Assembly: GCA_965248445.1 (NCBI GenBank) | Contig: CBDFJG010000003.1 | Coordinates: forward strand, 928,001-992,000 | Source of the DNA: Planctomycetota bacterium | Lineage (GTDB): Bacteria; Planctomycetota; JAJSAM01; JAJVHW01 | DNA length: 64,000 nt | Reading direction: 5' to 3' | Shown: positions 9,210 through 19,693 of the stretch, in pieces | How positions within the stretch are numbered: the first letter of the stretch is position 1 | How the letters are laid out: the number at the start of each line of letters is the position of its first letter | Notes under the pieces: generated by a model | Told to the model about the DNA's origin: nothing | Seen by the model: the letters and a program-made list of their open reading frames with translations, nothing else | Databases searched by the model: none | Position numbers and translations under genes: made by a program

Positions 9210-10229
9210 TCAGAACTCCGCGTCTGGGTCCAGCAACGCAGCCACGCGCTTCACCAGGCGATCCAGGCCCAAGCCTGTCACCGCAGAGATCGGATACACC
9301 TGTGAATCGGGATTCGGAGCCAGGGAGTTGAGAGCTTCCTCCCAGCCCGTGAGGTCGCACTTGGAGAGCACGATCAGCTCGGGCTTCGAGGCCAGATCCG
9401 CCGAGTACGCCTCCAGCTCGCCCCGGACCGTCCGATAGGCGTCTCCGGGGGCCGGAGAGCCTCCCGTGGGGTCATGCGCCACGACGTGGACCAGGAGCCG
9501 CGTGCGCTCGACGTGCTTGAGGAAGCGATCTCCGAGGCCCTTGCCCTCGTGGGCGCCCGCGATCAAGCCGGGCAGGTCCGCGAACACGACTCGCGTCGCG
9601 GCATCCAGGTCCACCACCCCGAGATGCGGGTTCAGGGTGGTGAAGCGGTGGGCGCCCGCCTGTGTCCGCGAGCGGGACAGGGCCGCTAGGAGAGTCGATT
9701 TACCCGCGTTGGGAAGGCCGACGAGACCCACGTCCGCGATGAGCTTCATGGAAAGCCGAAGCCGCCGCGACTCGCCGTCCCGTCCGTCCTCGCACATGCG
9801 CGGCGTCTGTCGCGTGGCGCGGGCGAAACGGGCGTTGCCGCGGCCCCCACCGCCGCCCTTCGCCATGCGCACCTGGGCGTCGCGCTCCGTCAGGTCCTTC
9901 AGCAACACGTCGGTGTCCGCATCGCGCACCTCGGTGCCGACGGGGACGCGAACGATCAGATCTTGCGCGTTCTTCCCGTGCCTGTTGCGGCCGCGTCCTG
10001 GGGCGCCGTTCTTCGCGCGGAGCTTCTTACGGCCGCGGAACCCGGCGAATCCGTGGATGTCGTCTTTCGCAACCAGGATGACGTCGCCGCCCTGGCCGCC
10101 GTCCCCACCGGACGGACCGCCCTTCGGCACGTACTTCTCGCGGTGGAACGCGATGCAGCCGTCGCCGCCGCGACCCCCGAACACCTCGACGACGATCTCG
10201 TCGTAGGCAGCGGTCCTGTCGGCCGGCAT
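9210..10229 (-). CDS. obgE: GTPase Obg
   Basis: Gly-rich Obg fold (GGDGCIAFHREKYVPKGGPSGGDGG), GLPNAGKST, DLPGLIAGAHEGKGLG; follows rplU-rpmA. Confidence 0.95.
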   Translation of the reverse strand: MPADRTAAYDEIVVEVFGGRGGDGCIAFHREKYVPKGGPSGGDGGQGGDVILVAKDDIHGFAGFRGRKKLRAKNGAPGRGRNRHGKNAQDLIVRVPVGTEVRDADTDVLLKDLTERDAQVRMAKGGGGGRGNARFARATRQTPRMCEDGRDGESRRLRLSMKLIADVGLVGLPNAGKSTLLAALSRSRTQAGAHRFTTLNPHLGVVDLDAATRVVFADLPGLIAGAHEGKGLGDRFLKHVERTRLLVHVVAHDPTGGSPAPGDAYRTVRGELEAYSADLASKPELIVLSKCDLTGWEEALNSLAPNPDSQVYPISAVTGLGLDRLVKRVAALLDPDAEF

Positions 10230-10274
10230 GGCAATGCTCCGGGGCGCGAGGCGCCCGCAACCAGTAACCGAGCC

Positions 10275-10535
10275 CTAGGCCTCGGACGGCGCAGCGGCGG
10301 GGATCACGTTGACGCGGCGGCCGGTGCCGAACTCCACGATGCCCGCGACCGTCGAGAACAGTGTGTAGTCGCGCCCGAGCCGCGTGTTGCGGCCGGCGCG
10401 AAAGCGCGATCCGAGCTGGCGAACGATGATGCTGCCCGCCTTGACCGTTTGACCGCCGTACACCTTGATGCCGCGGTACTGCGGGTTGCTGCTACGGCCG
10501 TTCTTGGTGGAGCCCTGGCCCTTCTTGTGTGCCAT
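10275..10535 (-). CDS. rpmA: 50S ribosomal protein L27
   Basis: [14 protein letters not shown]...GSIIVRQLG. Confidence 0.98.
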   Translation of the reverse strand: MAHKKGQGSTKNGRSSNPQYRGIKVYGGQTVKAGSIIVRQLGSRFRAGRNTRLGRDYTLFSTVAGIVEFGTGRRVNVIPAAAPSEA

Positions 10536-10553
10536 GTCGTTCCTCCTCAGCCG

Positions 10554-10865
10554 CTAAGCGGTGATGTTCTCGATGACGGCCTCGGTGTAGCGCTGACGGT
10601 GACCCTGCTTGCGGTGGTGGTTCTTCCTGCGCTTGTAGCGGTACACGAGGATCTTCTTGTCCTTGCCGTGCGCCTTGACGCGCGCCGTGACCGACGCGCC
10701 GTCCACAGTCGGCGTTCCCACGCGCACGTCCGCACCGGCGCCGACGAGCACGACGTCGAGGGTGACCTCGGCGCCCGGCTCGAGGCCGTCGCGATAGGCG
10801 AGACGGACCGTCTGGCCCTTCTCGACACGCATCTGGTGGCATCCGTCTTTGACGATGGCGTACAT
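10554..10865 (-). CDS. rplU: 50S ribosomal protein L21
   Basis: MYAIVK...[18 protein letters not shown]. Confidence 0.97.
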   Translation of the reverse strand: MYAIVKDGCHQMRVEKGQTVRLAYRDGLEPGAEVTLDVVLVGAGADVRVGTPTVDGASVTARVKAHGKDKKILVYRYKRRKNHHRKQGHRQRYTEAVIENITA

Positions 10866-10982
10866 GGTCGGCTCCTTCGCCTCGCAGGGCTCCCCATGTG
10901 TCCTGAGCGGGGGCGGCGACGCGAGCCCCGGAACTTACCGGCGCCCGGAGGGCTCCCGGCGTTTTTCCCGCCGGAGGCGCGC

Positions 10983-12464
10983 CTAGACAGCCCGAACGAC
11001 AAAGCGGTCGGGAGCCAGGTCCGGGTCCTCGACCACGTCGATCGTAGCGCGGTGCCTGCGCTCCAGCCGGACGAGCTCGTCCTCCCGACCCTCGAGGTCG
11101 TCGGCAACCGCCGGGGCGCACGCGATCTCCACGGTCGCCCCCCCCCGCTTGGCCAGCAGCGCGCCCGCATCGCGGAGGGCGGCCAACCCGGCAGCGGCCG
11201 GCTTGTGGACCCGGCCCGTGCCGCCGCAGGCGCCGCAAGGCGCCAATCCGGCACGCCCGGCACCGGCGCGGGCCCGGCGGCGGGTGATCTCCTGGACCAT
11301 GAACTCCGACATGCCGGCGATGCGCATCCGCGCGGGATCGCGGGCCAATTCGGTGCGCACGGCCTCTTCGACCCGGGCGCGGTTCGCCGGGTCCTTGCAG
11401 TCGATGAAGTCCACGATGATCAGACCGGCCAGATCGCGCAGCCGGATCTGACGCGCGACCTCGACCGCAGCGACCAGATCGGTGTCGACGGCCGTCTGCT
11501 CGAGGTTTCCCCCGTTCCGGCGGCGACCGGAGTTCACGTCGATGGCCCAGAGCGCCTCGGTCTGCTGGATCACCAGGGACGCACCGCCGGGCAGCGGGAC
11601 ACGGGGGGAACGAAGCCGCCGGACCTCCTGCTCGACGCCGTGAGCGTGGAACAGCGGCGCCTCGGCGTCGTGCACCTCGATGCTCGCTTCGGCCTCGGCG
11701 CTGAGCGCGTCACGGAGCAGATCCTCCGCCGCCGGGTCATCGACGATGACCTGGAGCGGGCCGCGCGACCCGTCCGGCGACCGAGCGCACAACTCGCGAA
11801 CGGCGCGCGCTGCGAAGTCATCGTCTGCGTGCACCAGCGCGGGTGCGGTCGCGAGTTCGACGGTGGACATCAAGCGATCGTGCGTCTTGCGCAACTCGGC
11901 GTACTCCGAAGCGAGTTCCCCCGCTTCAACGCCGACGGCGGCCGTGCGCGCGACGATGCCGACGTCACCGGGGCGCTCGAATCCATCGAGCACGGCACGC
12001 AGCCGCTCGCGCTCGCCATCGTCCTCGATCTTGCGGCTGACGGCGGTGCGGCCCAGCCGCGGGATCAACACGAGCGTTCTCCCGGGCAGGGAGACGTACG
12101 TCGAGATGGTGGCGCCCTTGTGCCCGATCGGATCGCGCGTTACCTGAACCACGACGTCGTCGCCGGCCTGTACGTAGTCCTGGATCGCGAGGTCGCCGTC
12201 ACGCACCGCGCCCTCGCCGGCGTCCTCGCTCCATGGGCGGCGAACGTCGGACGCGTGGAGGAACCCGGGCCGCTCCAGGCCGAGTTCCACGAACGCGGCA
12301 CCGATCGAGGGTTCGAGCCGCAGTACACGTCCCTTGTAGACGTTCCCTACGAAGGTGTGTTCCTCGCGCCGTTCGATCCATAGAAGCGAGAGCCGCCCGT
12401 CTTCCAAGAGGGCGGCCCGGCGCTCCTCGTCGTGGACGAGGTTGAGAAGAAGTGCTCGCGACAT
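10983..12464 (-). CDS. Rne/Rng family ribonuclease
   Basis: GNVYKGRV (S1), IDVNSG, EVARQIRLRDLAGLIIVDFID, CxxC; start MSRALLL. Confidence 0.92.
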   Translation of the reverse strand: MSRALLLNLVHDEERRAALLEDGRLSLLWIERREEHTFVGNVYKGRVLRLEPSIGAAFVELGLERPGFLHASDVRRPWSEDAGEGAVRDGDLAIQDYVQAGDDVVVQVTRDPIGHKGATISTYVSLPGRTLVLIPRLGRTAVSRKIEDDGERERLRAVLDGFERPGDVGIVARTAAVGVEAGELASEYAELRKTHDRLMSTVELATAPALVHADDDFAARAVRELCARSPDGSRGPLQVIVDDPAAEDLLRDALSAEAEASIEVHDAEAPLFHAHGVEQEVRRLRSPRVPLPGGASLVIQQTEALWAIDVNSGRRRNGGNLEQTAVDTDLVAAVEVARQIRLRDLAGLIIVDFIDCKDPANRARVEEAVRTELARDPARMRIAGMSEFMVQEITRRRARAGAGRAGLAPCGACGGTGRVHKPAAAGLAALRDAGALLAKRGGATVEIACAPAVADDLEGREDELVRLERRHRATIDVVEDPDLAPDRFVVRAV

Positions 12465-12651
12465 GTGTGCTTCTCGCCGGACTCGGCGGGTCACCCGGAC
12501 GGGGGAGCGCGCATCGTACGGGAGGGTGTCCACCGATCTTCCGTCAAACGGCCCCGCGGCATCTCGGCAGACCCCGCGGCAAGTCGGCAGAATCGAAGAG
12601 GGGGTGCGCGCCGGAGCGCGCACCCCCTGGAGTCCTGCTGGACTCCTTCGA

Positions 12652-14522
12652 TTACCTGGGACCCGACAGGCCCGGACGGGCCGACGGGAGAGGTGCCGCG
12701 TCCTCCATGGCCGCGCGCTCGGCGCCGCCGTAGATCTCGAGGAGTTCGGCTTCGATGCGGTCCTGACGCTCGTTCATCTGATCCCGCACGATCGAACGCA
12801 TCTGCGAGGAGTCGCGGACGATTTCGGGTGTGACGAAGATGACGAGGTTGGTCCGCGTCTTAGAGGTCTTCTCGCCGCGGAACAGGTATCCCAAAACCGG
12901 GATGTCTCCCAGGAACGGAACCTTGCTCACCTCGAGCGACTCCTGGTCGCGGAGGAGTCCGCCGATGATGGCGGTCTCGCGGTTGTCGAGCTTCATGTTC
13001 GTGACGACAGTGCTGGACTGCTCGCGCGGGAGAGCGATTGACTGCTCGCCCGTCGTGCCGCCGGCACCCGTCCTGAACACGTCGAAGCCAGGCTGCTCGG
13101 CACTGGCGCCGACCAAGCTGCGCTCCTGCGGGATGATCGTCATCATGATCTGGTCCTTGTCGGGGATCACGTGGGGGATCATCAGCAACTGGAACCCGAC
13201 CTGAACGGGGCTGTTGTCAGCCTCGTCGATCGAGAACTCGAGTCCGCCCGACTGGTTCGACGTCGCGACGGTCCGCGCGAAGCGGATCGTCTCGCCGACG
13301 AAGATCGTCGCTTCCTGGTTGTCCAGGGCGATGAGCTTCGGTGCCTGCACGATGCGGCTCTTCGAGTCCATCTTGATGAGGTTCAGCGCCATCGTGGTCT
13401 TCGAGAAGTCGAGACTTCCGAAGGTGAAGGCGGACGCAGCACTCGTGAGCGGGTTGGGCCCGCCACGCTTGCCGGCGCCATCGCGGAAAGGCGTGAACCA
13501 GTCCTCGAAGCCACCGCGGCCGATGCTGAACGGCAGACGGCTGGCCATCGAACCGAGCGTCAGACCGGCCGAGAGGCCGGAGTCGCCGGGCGACACACCG
13601 ATGTCGAAGAAGTCCGTGTTGGACGTCGAGATGAACTTCAGGTCGATGAATACCTGAGCGGGCTCGAGGTCAACGCGTGCGATCAGCTTCTCGAGGTCGG
13701 CCAGAGCAGGCGCCGTGCCCGTAGCGATCAGGGAGTTGGTCTCCTTGATGTACTGGACGGAACCAGTTGTGCCCACCGCGGCGCGAAACGCCCTCAAGAG
13801 CTGAAACTCGTTCTCGATGTCCGCCATCTTGTCGCCGACGGCAGTGACTGCGTTGCGGCTGATCTGCGTATCGATGATCGGACGGTAAGGAGACGACGGA
13901 CGCACGAAGCGAAGGCGGAAGACCTGCGTCTCCAACTGCTCCTGGATGCTCGCGGGCGAGACGATCCGAAGGATGCCCCGGTCCTCGACCACCACCGTGT
14001 ACCCGAGCGTCTTCACGATCGAGTCGAGCGCAACACGCCACGGAATGTCGTGGAGCGTCACGGTCACGGTGCCCTCGACCTCGCGGCCGACGATGATGTT
14101 CGCGGCGCCGATGTCCGCGATGGCCTTGATGACCTCGCGCACGTCAGCGTTCGTGAACTCGAAGCCCACTCGCGGAGGGCGGTCGATGCGGATCAGGTTC
14201 GGGCTGCGCTCATCGATCTGGCAGCCGGCCCGTTCTGCAACGACATCCAACGCCTCGCGCCACGCAGGTTCTTGAGCTTGACCGTGACGGGCACGTCCTC
14301 AGCCTCTGCCGCCAGCACGAGGTTCACTTCTGTCTTCTCCTGAATGAAAGCCACTACGTCCTTAAGGGGACGCTCGACCACATCCAGAGAGACGTCTGCG
14401 GGACCCTTGCCGCGACGCAGATAGTTGCCCATCTCCTGGGCGTTCGCGACGGTGACCGTCAGCGACAGCCCGAGGCCGGCACATACTGCTGCGAGGGTCG
14501 CGTTTTTTGCGAAGCGCCTCAT
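12652..14522 (-). pseudogene. pilQ: PilQ/GspD-type secretin with 1-nt frameshift near 14264 (pseudogene or sequencing error)
   Basis: Signal peptide and first STN-like domain lie in one frame (14522-14265); the rest (second STN, N3, secretin domain, KVPFLGDIPVLGYLF) is in another. Minus strand AAC CTG CG TGG CGC GAG GCG TTG lacks one base. Confidence 0.85.
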
Positions 14523-14583
14523 GGTGTTTCCTCCTGGGGAGTTCTCGTCCAAGCGCCCCGCGTGATGCGGGACGCGTCCATCC

Positions 14584-16074
14584 CTATTTCGCTTTCAGGA
14601 AATCTACGATCTCGAAACCGTCGAACTCGTAGATCACCCTGTCCTTGCGTATCTCGATGACGCGACAGCGGTTCTCCGGGTCGACGTAGTCGCCCTCTTT
14701 CCGCGTGCGTCCGTTCACGATCAACCGCGATCCCTTCGGAAGGATGATCGCGCCGGTGTACGTGAGGCGAAGCTGCTCGAAGTCGAGCATCACCTGCGCG
14801 TTCTGGCGCAGGTCCCTCATCTCCTCGACGAGCGGCGCGGCGTCGTCCGCCAGCTCCATGCCCGCCACGAGCGACTCGAAGTCGCGGTACGTCGACGTGA
14901 CCGCCTCGTAGTTGCGGTCGTCGAGTCCTTCGTTCATCTTCTCTCTGAACTGCTCGACCGTCTTGCGGGTGATGAACTTCGGCGCGTCGTCGTCGGTCTC
15001 GCGCCCCGCCTTGATGACGAAGAACGGTTCGACGACGTCGTCGGTGAAGATCGCCTTGAGCTCCGGGATCGTGATCGCGGGCTCGGCCTCGCGGATCTCC
15101 ACGTCGAGGCGTGCAATCTTCGCGTCGATCATCTGCTTGATCTGCGAGTACTGCACGTAGCGGCGCTCCTCGAGGTAGACGGCCTCTTGGCGCACGTCCT
15201 CCTTGAGCAGCTCGACTTCGAGTCGCAGGCGGTTCACCAGCGCCTTCTGGTCGTCGAACTTGTCGGTCGACGTGTCGTCGACGACCTCCTGCTTGCTGCG
15301 GCGGGGGTCGATCAGCGGGTCGCGGCGGTTGATCCGCGCCTTCAGGTCGTACGTGTCGATCTGCGCCGCCTTCTTCTGGCGGATGAGGCGCTGGATGACG
15401 TCAGTGCCTGCGCGCTTGTCGTACTCCGAGATCGCGACGGGCTTCGCGAGCCCCGCGTTCTGCGTGTACATGTACGTGACGAACTCCATCGAGACCCGGT
15501 GGCGCGCCTTGGCGTCGCGGCCGGCTCCGGTCACGGGCCCCGCGGAGATCGAGAACCCGCGCGTGTTGACCAGGCGGTCGACACTCTCGAACAGGTTGAT
15601 GAACTTCAGGATCTCGTCGTACGAGCCCGTCGCCTCGATCTTGATGGGGATGTTCGCGATGGCCTGGCCACCGTGGTTGGTGTTCAGGTCGGAGATCCGC
15701 GAGAGAGCCGCGCCCGAGATCCGCTCGAACTCACCGATGGAGTTCGTCAGCTCGTGGATGTACGTCTCGTTCGGGAGGATCTTCGAGTCGCGCTCGAGGA
15801 TCTCGCGGTAGACGATGACGTCCTGCTCGCGCTTGGGGATCAGGTCCGCCTGTGCGCGGGCGCCGTCGATCAGCCCCTGAAGGTCCTGGATCTTGCGGCG
15901 CTCGCCCCACAGCTCGGGGTCCATGATCTCCTGCGCTCCCGGGTTGTGGTCGCCCAGCTCGGCAGCGTAGATCTTCTGCCAGTCCATGTACGTCAGGGCG
16001 GCGAACCCGCCGATGACCACGGCGAAGCCGCCGATCGTCATCAGGAGCATCTGCTTCTCGCTGAACCTACTCAC
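14584..16074 (-). CDS. pilO: PilO-like protein with C-terminal PilP-like extension
   Basis: TM, coiled coil, IPIKIEATGSYDEILKFINLFESVDRLVN (PilO), then RRDPL and a C-terminal beta domain. GTG start after GGAGG. Confidence 0.75.
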   Translation of the reverse strand: MSRFSEKQMLLMTIGGFAVVIGGFAALTYMDWQKIYAAELGDHNPGAQEIMDPELWGERRKIQDLQGLIDGARAQADLIPKREQDVIVYREILERDSKILPNETYIHELTNSIGEFERISGAALSRISDLNTNHGGQAIANIPIKIEATGSYDEILKFINLFESVDRLVNTRGFSISAGPVTGAGRDAKARHRVSMEFVTYMYTQNAGLAKPVAISEYDKRAGTDVIQRLIRQKKAAQIDTYDLKARINRRDPLIDPRRSKQEVVDDTSTDKFDDQKALVNRLRLEVELLKEDVRQEAVYLEERRYVQYSQIKQMIDAKIARLDVEIREAEPAITIPELKAIFTDDVVEPFFVIKAGRETDDDAPKFITRKTVEQFREKMNEGLDDRNYEAVTSTYRDFESLVAGMELADDAAPLVEEMRDLRQNAQVMLDFEQLRLTYTGAIILPKGSRLIVNGRTRKEGDYVDPENRCRVIEIRKDRVIYEFDGFEIVDFLKAK

Positions 16075-16100
16075 GGTTCCGTCCTCCGTCCGAGCACCAG

Positions 16101-16730
16101 CTACTGCTGGTGCTTCCACCCCGGGGTCTTCAGATCGAGCCGCCACGAGAACTTCCACGCGACGTCGGGTACGCGTTCGTCACGGAACCCGGTCTTCTCG
16201 CCACCGGGCGGCGAGATCGACTGGAAGTCCTGGAAGAACTCGCTCTCCTGGAGCTGCTTGTGGAAGTCCGACTGGCGCTTGATCTCCTCGCCGCCGGAGT
16301 ACCCGTCGAAGACGAGCGCTCCGCCCGACGCTGGGCTCTGTGAGCCCTCGGTGCGCAGAGACGTGATCCACACGAGGTGCTTCGAAGCGTCGCCCTTGTT
16401 GTGGAACTGGTCTGCCAACTCGTCGAGCTTCTTGCTCCACAGCACACGCTGCCGGCCGATCCCTTCGATCGTCTCCCGGCGGCGCTGGTACTCCTGGAAC
16501 TCAGCCAGAAGCGCCTGAGAGCGCTCGGCCTGCTTGGTCAGGTTGTCGAGATGCTTCTCCATCTCGATACGGCGGTTCTGGACCTCGTCCAGCATGCCGA
16601 AGTGCACATAGCCCCAAGTGCCGAGCATCGTGGCCGTCAGGAAGACGCCTGCGATGACCGTCAGGAAGCGCGCGATCGGCGTCCCGTCGGACTTGCGGTA
16701 TTCGGGGGGCAGAAGGTTGACGCGAAGCAT
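16101..16730 (-). CDS. pilN: PilN-like type IV pilus assembly protein
   Basis: MLRVNLLPPE (INLLP motif), TM, coiled coil, VWITSL. Confidence 0.85.
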   Translation of the reverse strand: MLRVNLLPPEYRKSDGTPIARFLTVIAGVFLTATMLGTWGYVHFGMLDEVQNRRIEMEKHLDNLTKQAERSQALLAEFQEYQRRRETIEGIGRQRVLWSKKLDELADQFHNKGDASKHLVWITSLRTEGSQSPASGGALVFDGYSGGEEIKRQSDFHKQLQESEFFQDFQSISPPGGEKTGFRDERVPDVAWKFSWRLDLKTPGWKHQQ

Positions 16731-16738
16731 CGATCTAG

Positions 16739-18407
16739 CCGCATCTGTTCACGAGACGTCGCGATGACGGTGCTTTCGGAGTCCACAGGGTCAGATCTTG
16801 GCCAGGCGAGGGCGGATGCTGTCGTCGTTGCCACAAGGGCAACGCGAGTGAGCGGCCGAAACGGCGCGGATTCTGCGGTGTGGGCAGACCGTAGGCCGGG
16901 CGGTGGTGTGGCGGACGGCGCGGCGGGACGTCAGGTCGGCTTCGGGGATGCCAGCAGTCGTTGCGCGCAGCGCTCGAAGACGTGCTGCCAGGGCCACGAC
17001 GAGGACATCGAGACCCAGATCCGGCGCGTCGTGATCCGCACGAGCGCGCCGATCTTGAGCAGCCGCAGGCGGATCGTGCCGGCTTGCGCACGCGCCATCT
17101 CGGTGCCGGCGAGACCGATGCGTCGCAGCGCACAGGTCAGGACGTAGGCCATGGCCGACATGGCCATCCGCACGGCGTTGCCCTGCATCGTGTGCACCGA
17201 CAGACGGGTGCCGAAGAGCTCGAGCTGCTGCTCCTTGATGCGATTCTCCGCCTCGCCCCGGGCGCAGTAGAGCTGCTCGTAGAGACGCTTGCTGCTCCAG
17301 CTACGAGGCGGCAGATTGGTCACCACGAAGCGGGGATTGCGCTTGCCGCCCGGCAGGTGCTCGGCCTTGGCGACCACGCGACGCCTCTGGCTCCAGCTCC
17401 CCAGCGTGGTCCAGGCAAAGTCGCGAAAGACCCGGGCTGCTCGGCCGGTCTGCACGGCACGGGCTGCGGCCTCATCGAGCGCGTCTTCGACGTGTCGCTC
17501 AAGGCGCTCATTGCGCGCCATGCCCAGCAGGTAGAAGTGGCCGGCGGCCTCGCACCAGGCCATCAGCTCCTCGCGGCAAAAGCCCGAGTCTGCGCGCACG
17601 AGCACCTTGGCCCGGGGCCAGCGGCGCCGCAGACGTAAGACCAGCGCACGGAGCTCGTCCACGACTCCGCGCGCGGGATCTCTGTCAGCGGTCTGGAGCC
17701 GAGCGAGCAAGAGGTGCTCGCCGCAGAAGACGTACAGCGGCAGGTAGCAGTAGTGCCCGTAGTAGCCGTGGAAGAAGCGGCCCTCCTGCCGGCCGTGCAG
17801 CCGCACGTCGGAGTGGTCCAGGTCCAGCACGAGCAGGCCCGGATCCTCCGGCCCCATGGCCTCGCAGAAGACGTCGCTGAGCACGCTGTCCACGCGCTCC
17901 TGGTCCATCTCGATCTTGGCGTAGCGCGTCTGTGCCGTGGCGCCGAGCTGCGTGGTCTCGAGCCGCGAGAGCGTCGGGTGCGTGGCCAGAGCACCCTCGC
18001 GCTTGCCGCACGCCGCGGCAAACAGCGGGTCCTTGCCGACATGGTCGTGGTCCACCAGATCCTCGTAGCCCGCGCACAGCCCGAAGACCCGCTGACGCAG
18101 CATCTGGCCGACCGTGTGCTCGACCCGACGCGGGTCCCGGTGGTCCCCGAAGCAGCGCGCAAACCGCGAGAGCAGATCGATGCGACGATCGGTCCGCTCG
18201 AGCAGCAGCACGCCCCCGTCGCTCGTCACGGTACCGGCGTCGAAGCGCGTCACCGCGGTGCGTCCACAGATGCCCGCGAAGAGGGTCCCCTGCGGGCTAC
18301 AGTCTGTCGTCATCGGGCCGGCGCTCCTGTCGGTGCAAGTACTAGCGAGTACGAGCACTTAGACAGACGACGGCCCGCTCAGATTCCCGGCTGGTGAACG
18401 ATTCGGG
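16739..18407 (-). mobile_element. IS1380-family insertion sequence
   Basis: CTAG duplicated at 16735-16738 and 18408-18411. Imperfect IRs CCGCATCTGTTCACGAG / CCCGAATCGTTCACCAG. Single transposase inside. Confidence 0.9.
16931..18313 (-). CDS. IS1380-family DDE transposase
   Basis: TSDGG, GYEDLVD, LDLD..HGRQEG.FFHGYY, VRADSGF, YCARGEAENRIKE. Confidence 0.95.
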   Translation of the reverse strand: MTTDCSPQGTLFAGICGRTAVTRFDAGTVTSDGGVLLLERTDRRIDLLSRFARCFGDHRDPRRVEHTVGQMLRQRVFGLCAGYEDLVDHDHVGKDPLFAAACGKREGALATHPTLSRLETTQLGATAQTRYAKIEMDQERVDSVLSDVFCEAMGPEDPGLLVLDLDHSDVRLHGRQEGRFFHGYYGHYCYLPLYVFCGEHLLLARLQTADRDPARGVVDELRALVLRLRRRWPRAKVLVRADSGFCREELMAWCEAAGHFYLLGMARNERLERHVEDALDEAAARAVQTGRAARVFRDFAWTTLGSWSQRRRVVAKAEHLPGGKRNPRFVVTNLPPRSWSSKRLYEQLYCARGEAENRIKEQQLELFGTRLSVHTMQGNAVRMAMSAMAYVLTCALRRIGLAGTEMARAQAGTIRLRLLKIGALVRITTRRIWVSMSSSWPWQHVFERCAQRLLASPKPT

Positions 18408-19448
18408 CTAGTCCTTTCGCACCCTGCTGGCGAGGCCGACCGCAATCGCGAGCTGTCCCGCGTTCGCGCGGAGCGCCGCAACGTCCACCGTGTCCTCGTC
18501 GACACGGAGGTATTCAGTCGGATCCCAGTGGCGCGTCCTCTTCTCGAAGACACGCTCGAACGTCTCGGCGACCAGGGGCAGCTGCACGCCGCCACCGGAC
18601 ACGAACACGTCGTCGACACCGTGGTCGAACTGGTTCTCGAAGTAGTCGAACGACAGGTGGATCTCGTTACCGAGGTCGTCCACCGACGGGAACACCGCGT
18701 CGTTCAGCGTCTCGATGTTGTCGCCGGGCTCACGCTTGAGCTGTTCGGCCTGCGCCGTGTCACAGCCCAGCCGCTTTGACACGGCCTGCGTGAAGTCGTC
18801 GCCACCGAGGTAGATCTCGCGGGTGAAGCACAGCACGCGGCCGCGCAGCACGTTGATGTTGGTCTTGGTCGCGCCGACATCGATCAGCGCGGTGACGCGC
18901 TCGTCGGCGTCCATCGCGGGCGACAGGCGGTCGCGCAGCTCGAACGCGTTGCCGAGGGCGAACGCATCGACGTCGATCACCTGCGGCTGCAGGCCGATCG
19001 ACTGCACGAGACCGACGTGGTCATCGATCAAGCCGCGCTTGACCGCCACGAGGAGCACGCGCATCTCGTTCTCGCCGAGGCCCTCGAAGTGGAGACCCCC
19101 GTCGTCGAGGCGCTGCGCATCCAGCACGACCTCGTCGACGTCGAACGGGATGTACTTGTCCGCCTCGAACGTGATCGCGTTGCGCAGGTCGTCGCTCGAC
19201 ATGTCGACCATCGTGAGATAGCGGACGATGACGGACTTCCCGCTGACTGCGGTCGCGACCCGGCGCGTGCGGAAGACCTGCGACTGCAGCATCTCCACGA
19301 TCGCGTCTGCGCGCTCGCTCTGCGACACGATGTCGTTCTGGGCATACGCAGTGACGACAAGCTCGTTGCCGTACTGCGTGAGCTCCACGGCCTTCGCGGT
19401 GTGCATACCGACGTCGAGGCCGATCAGGCTCTTCTGCTTCTTGAACAT
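18408..19448 (-). CDS. pilM: Type IV pilus assembly protein PilM
   Basis: IGLDVG, EADKYIPF, IDVDAFAL, IDVGATKT, VSGGG actin-like motifs. Confidence 0.93.
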   Translation of the reverse strand: MFKKQKSLIGLDVGMHTAKAVELTQYGNELVVTAYAQNDIVSQSERADAIVEMLQSQVFRTRRVATAVSGKSVIVRYLTMVDMSSDDLRNAITFEADKYIPFDVDEVVLDAQRLDDGGLHFEGLGENEMRVLLVAVKRGLIDDHVGLVQSIGLQPQVIDVDAFALGNAFELRDRLSPAMDADERVTALIDVGATKTNINVLRGRVLCFTREIYLGGDDFTQAVSKRLGCDTAQAEQLKREPGDNIETLNDAVFPSVDDLGNEIHLSFDYFENQFDHGVDDVFVSGGGVQLPLVAETFERVFEKRTRHWDPTEYLRVDEDTVDVAALRANAGQLAIAVGLASRVRKD

Positions 19449-19693
19449 GGGTTCTTCTCCGGACCCGCGCCCCCCTTGATCGGGGGCCGACAACCCCATG
19501 TCGGAGCGCAGAGGGGCCGGAGTTGAGCGCGAGTGTCGAAAAAGTCGAACGCGCTGGCCGAACGTCCCGGAAATGCGCCGTGTCCCAGCGGCGCCAGGCT
19601 CGACGGGGGGGGGCGCGAGTGAGGACGCAAGTCCTTACTTGAACAAGACCTTGCGATCGGCTCCGCGCCATCGGCGGAGCCCTGGCCGGACTC

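Noticed and set aside
9340..9680. Divergent Obg motifs (AHRFTT, SKCD)
   Set aside because: Key Thr, Lys and Asp are retained and synteny is normal.
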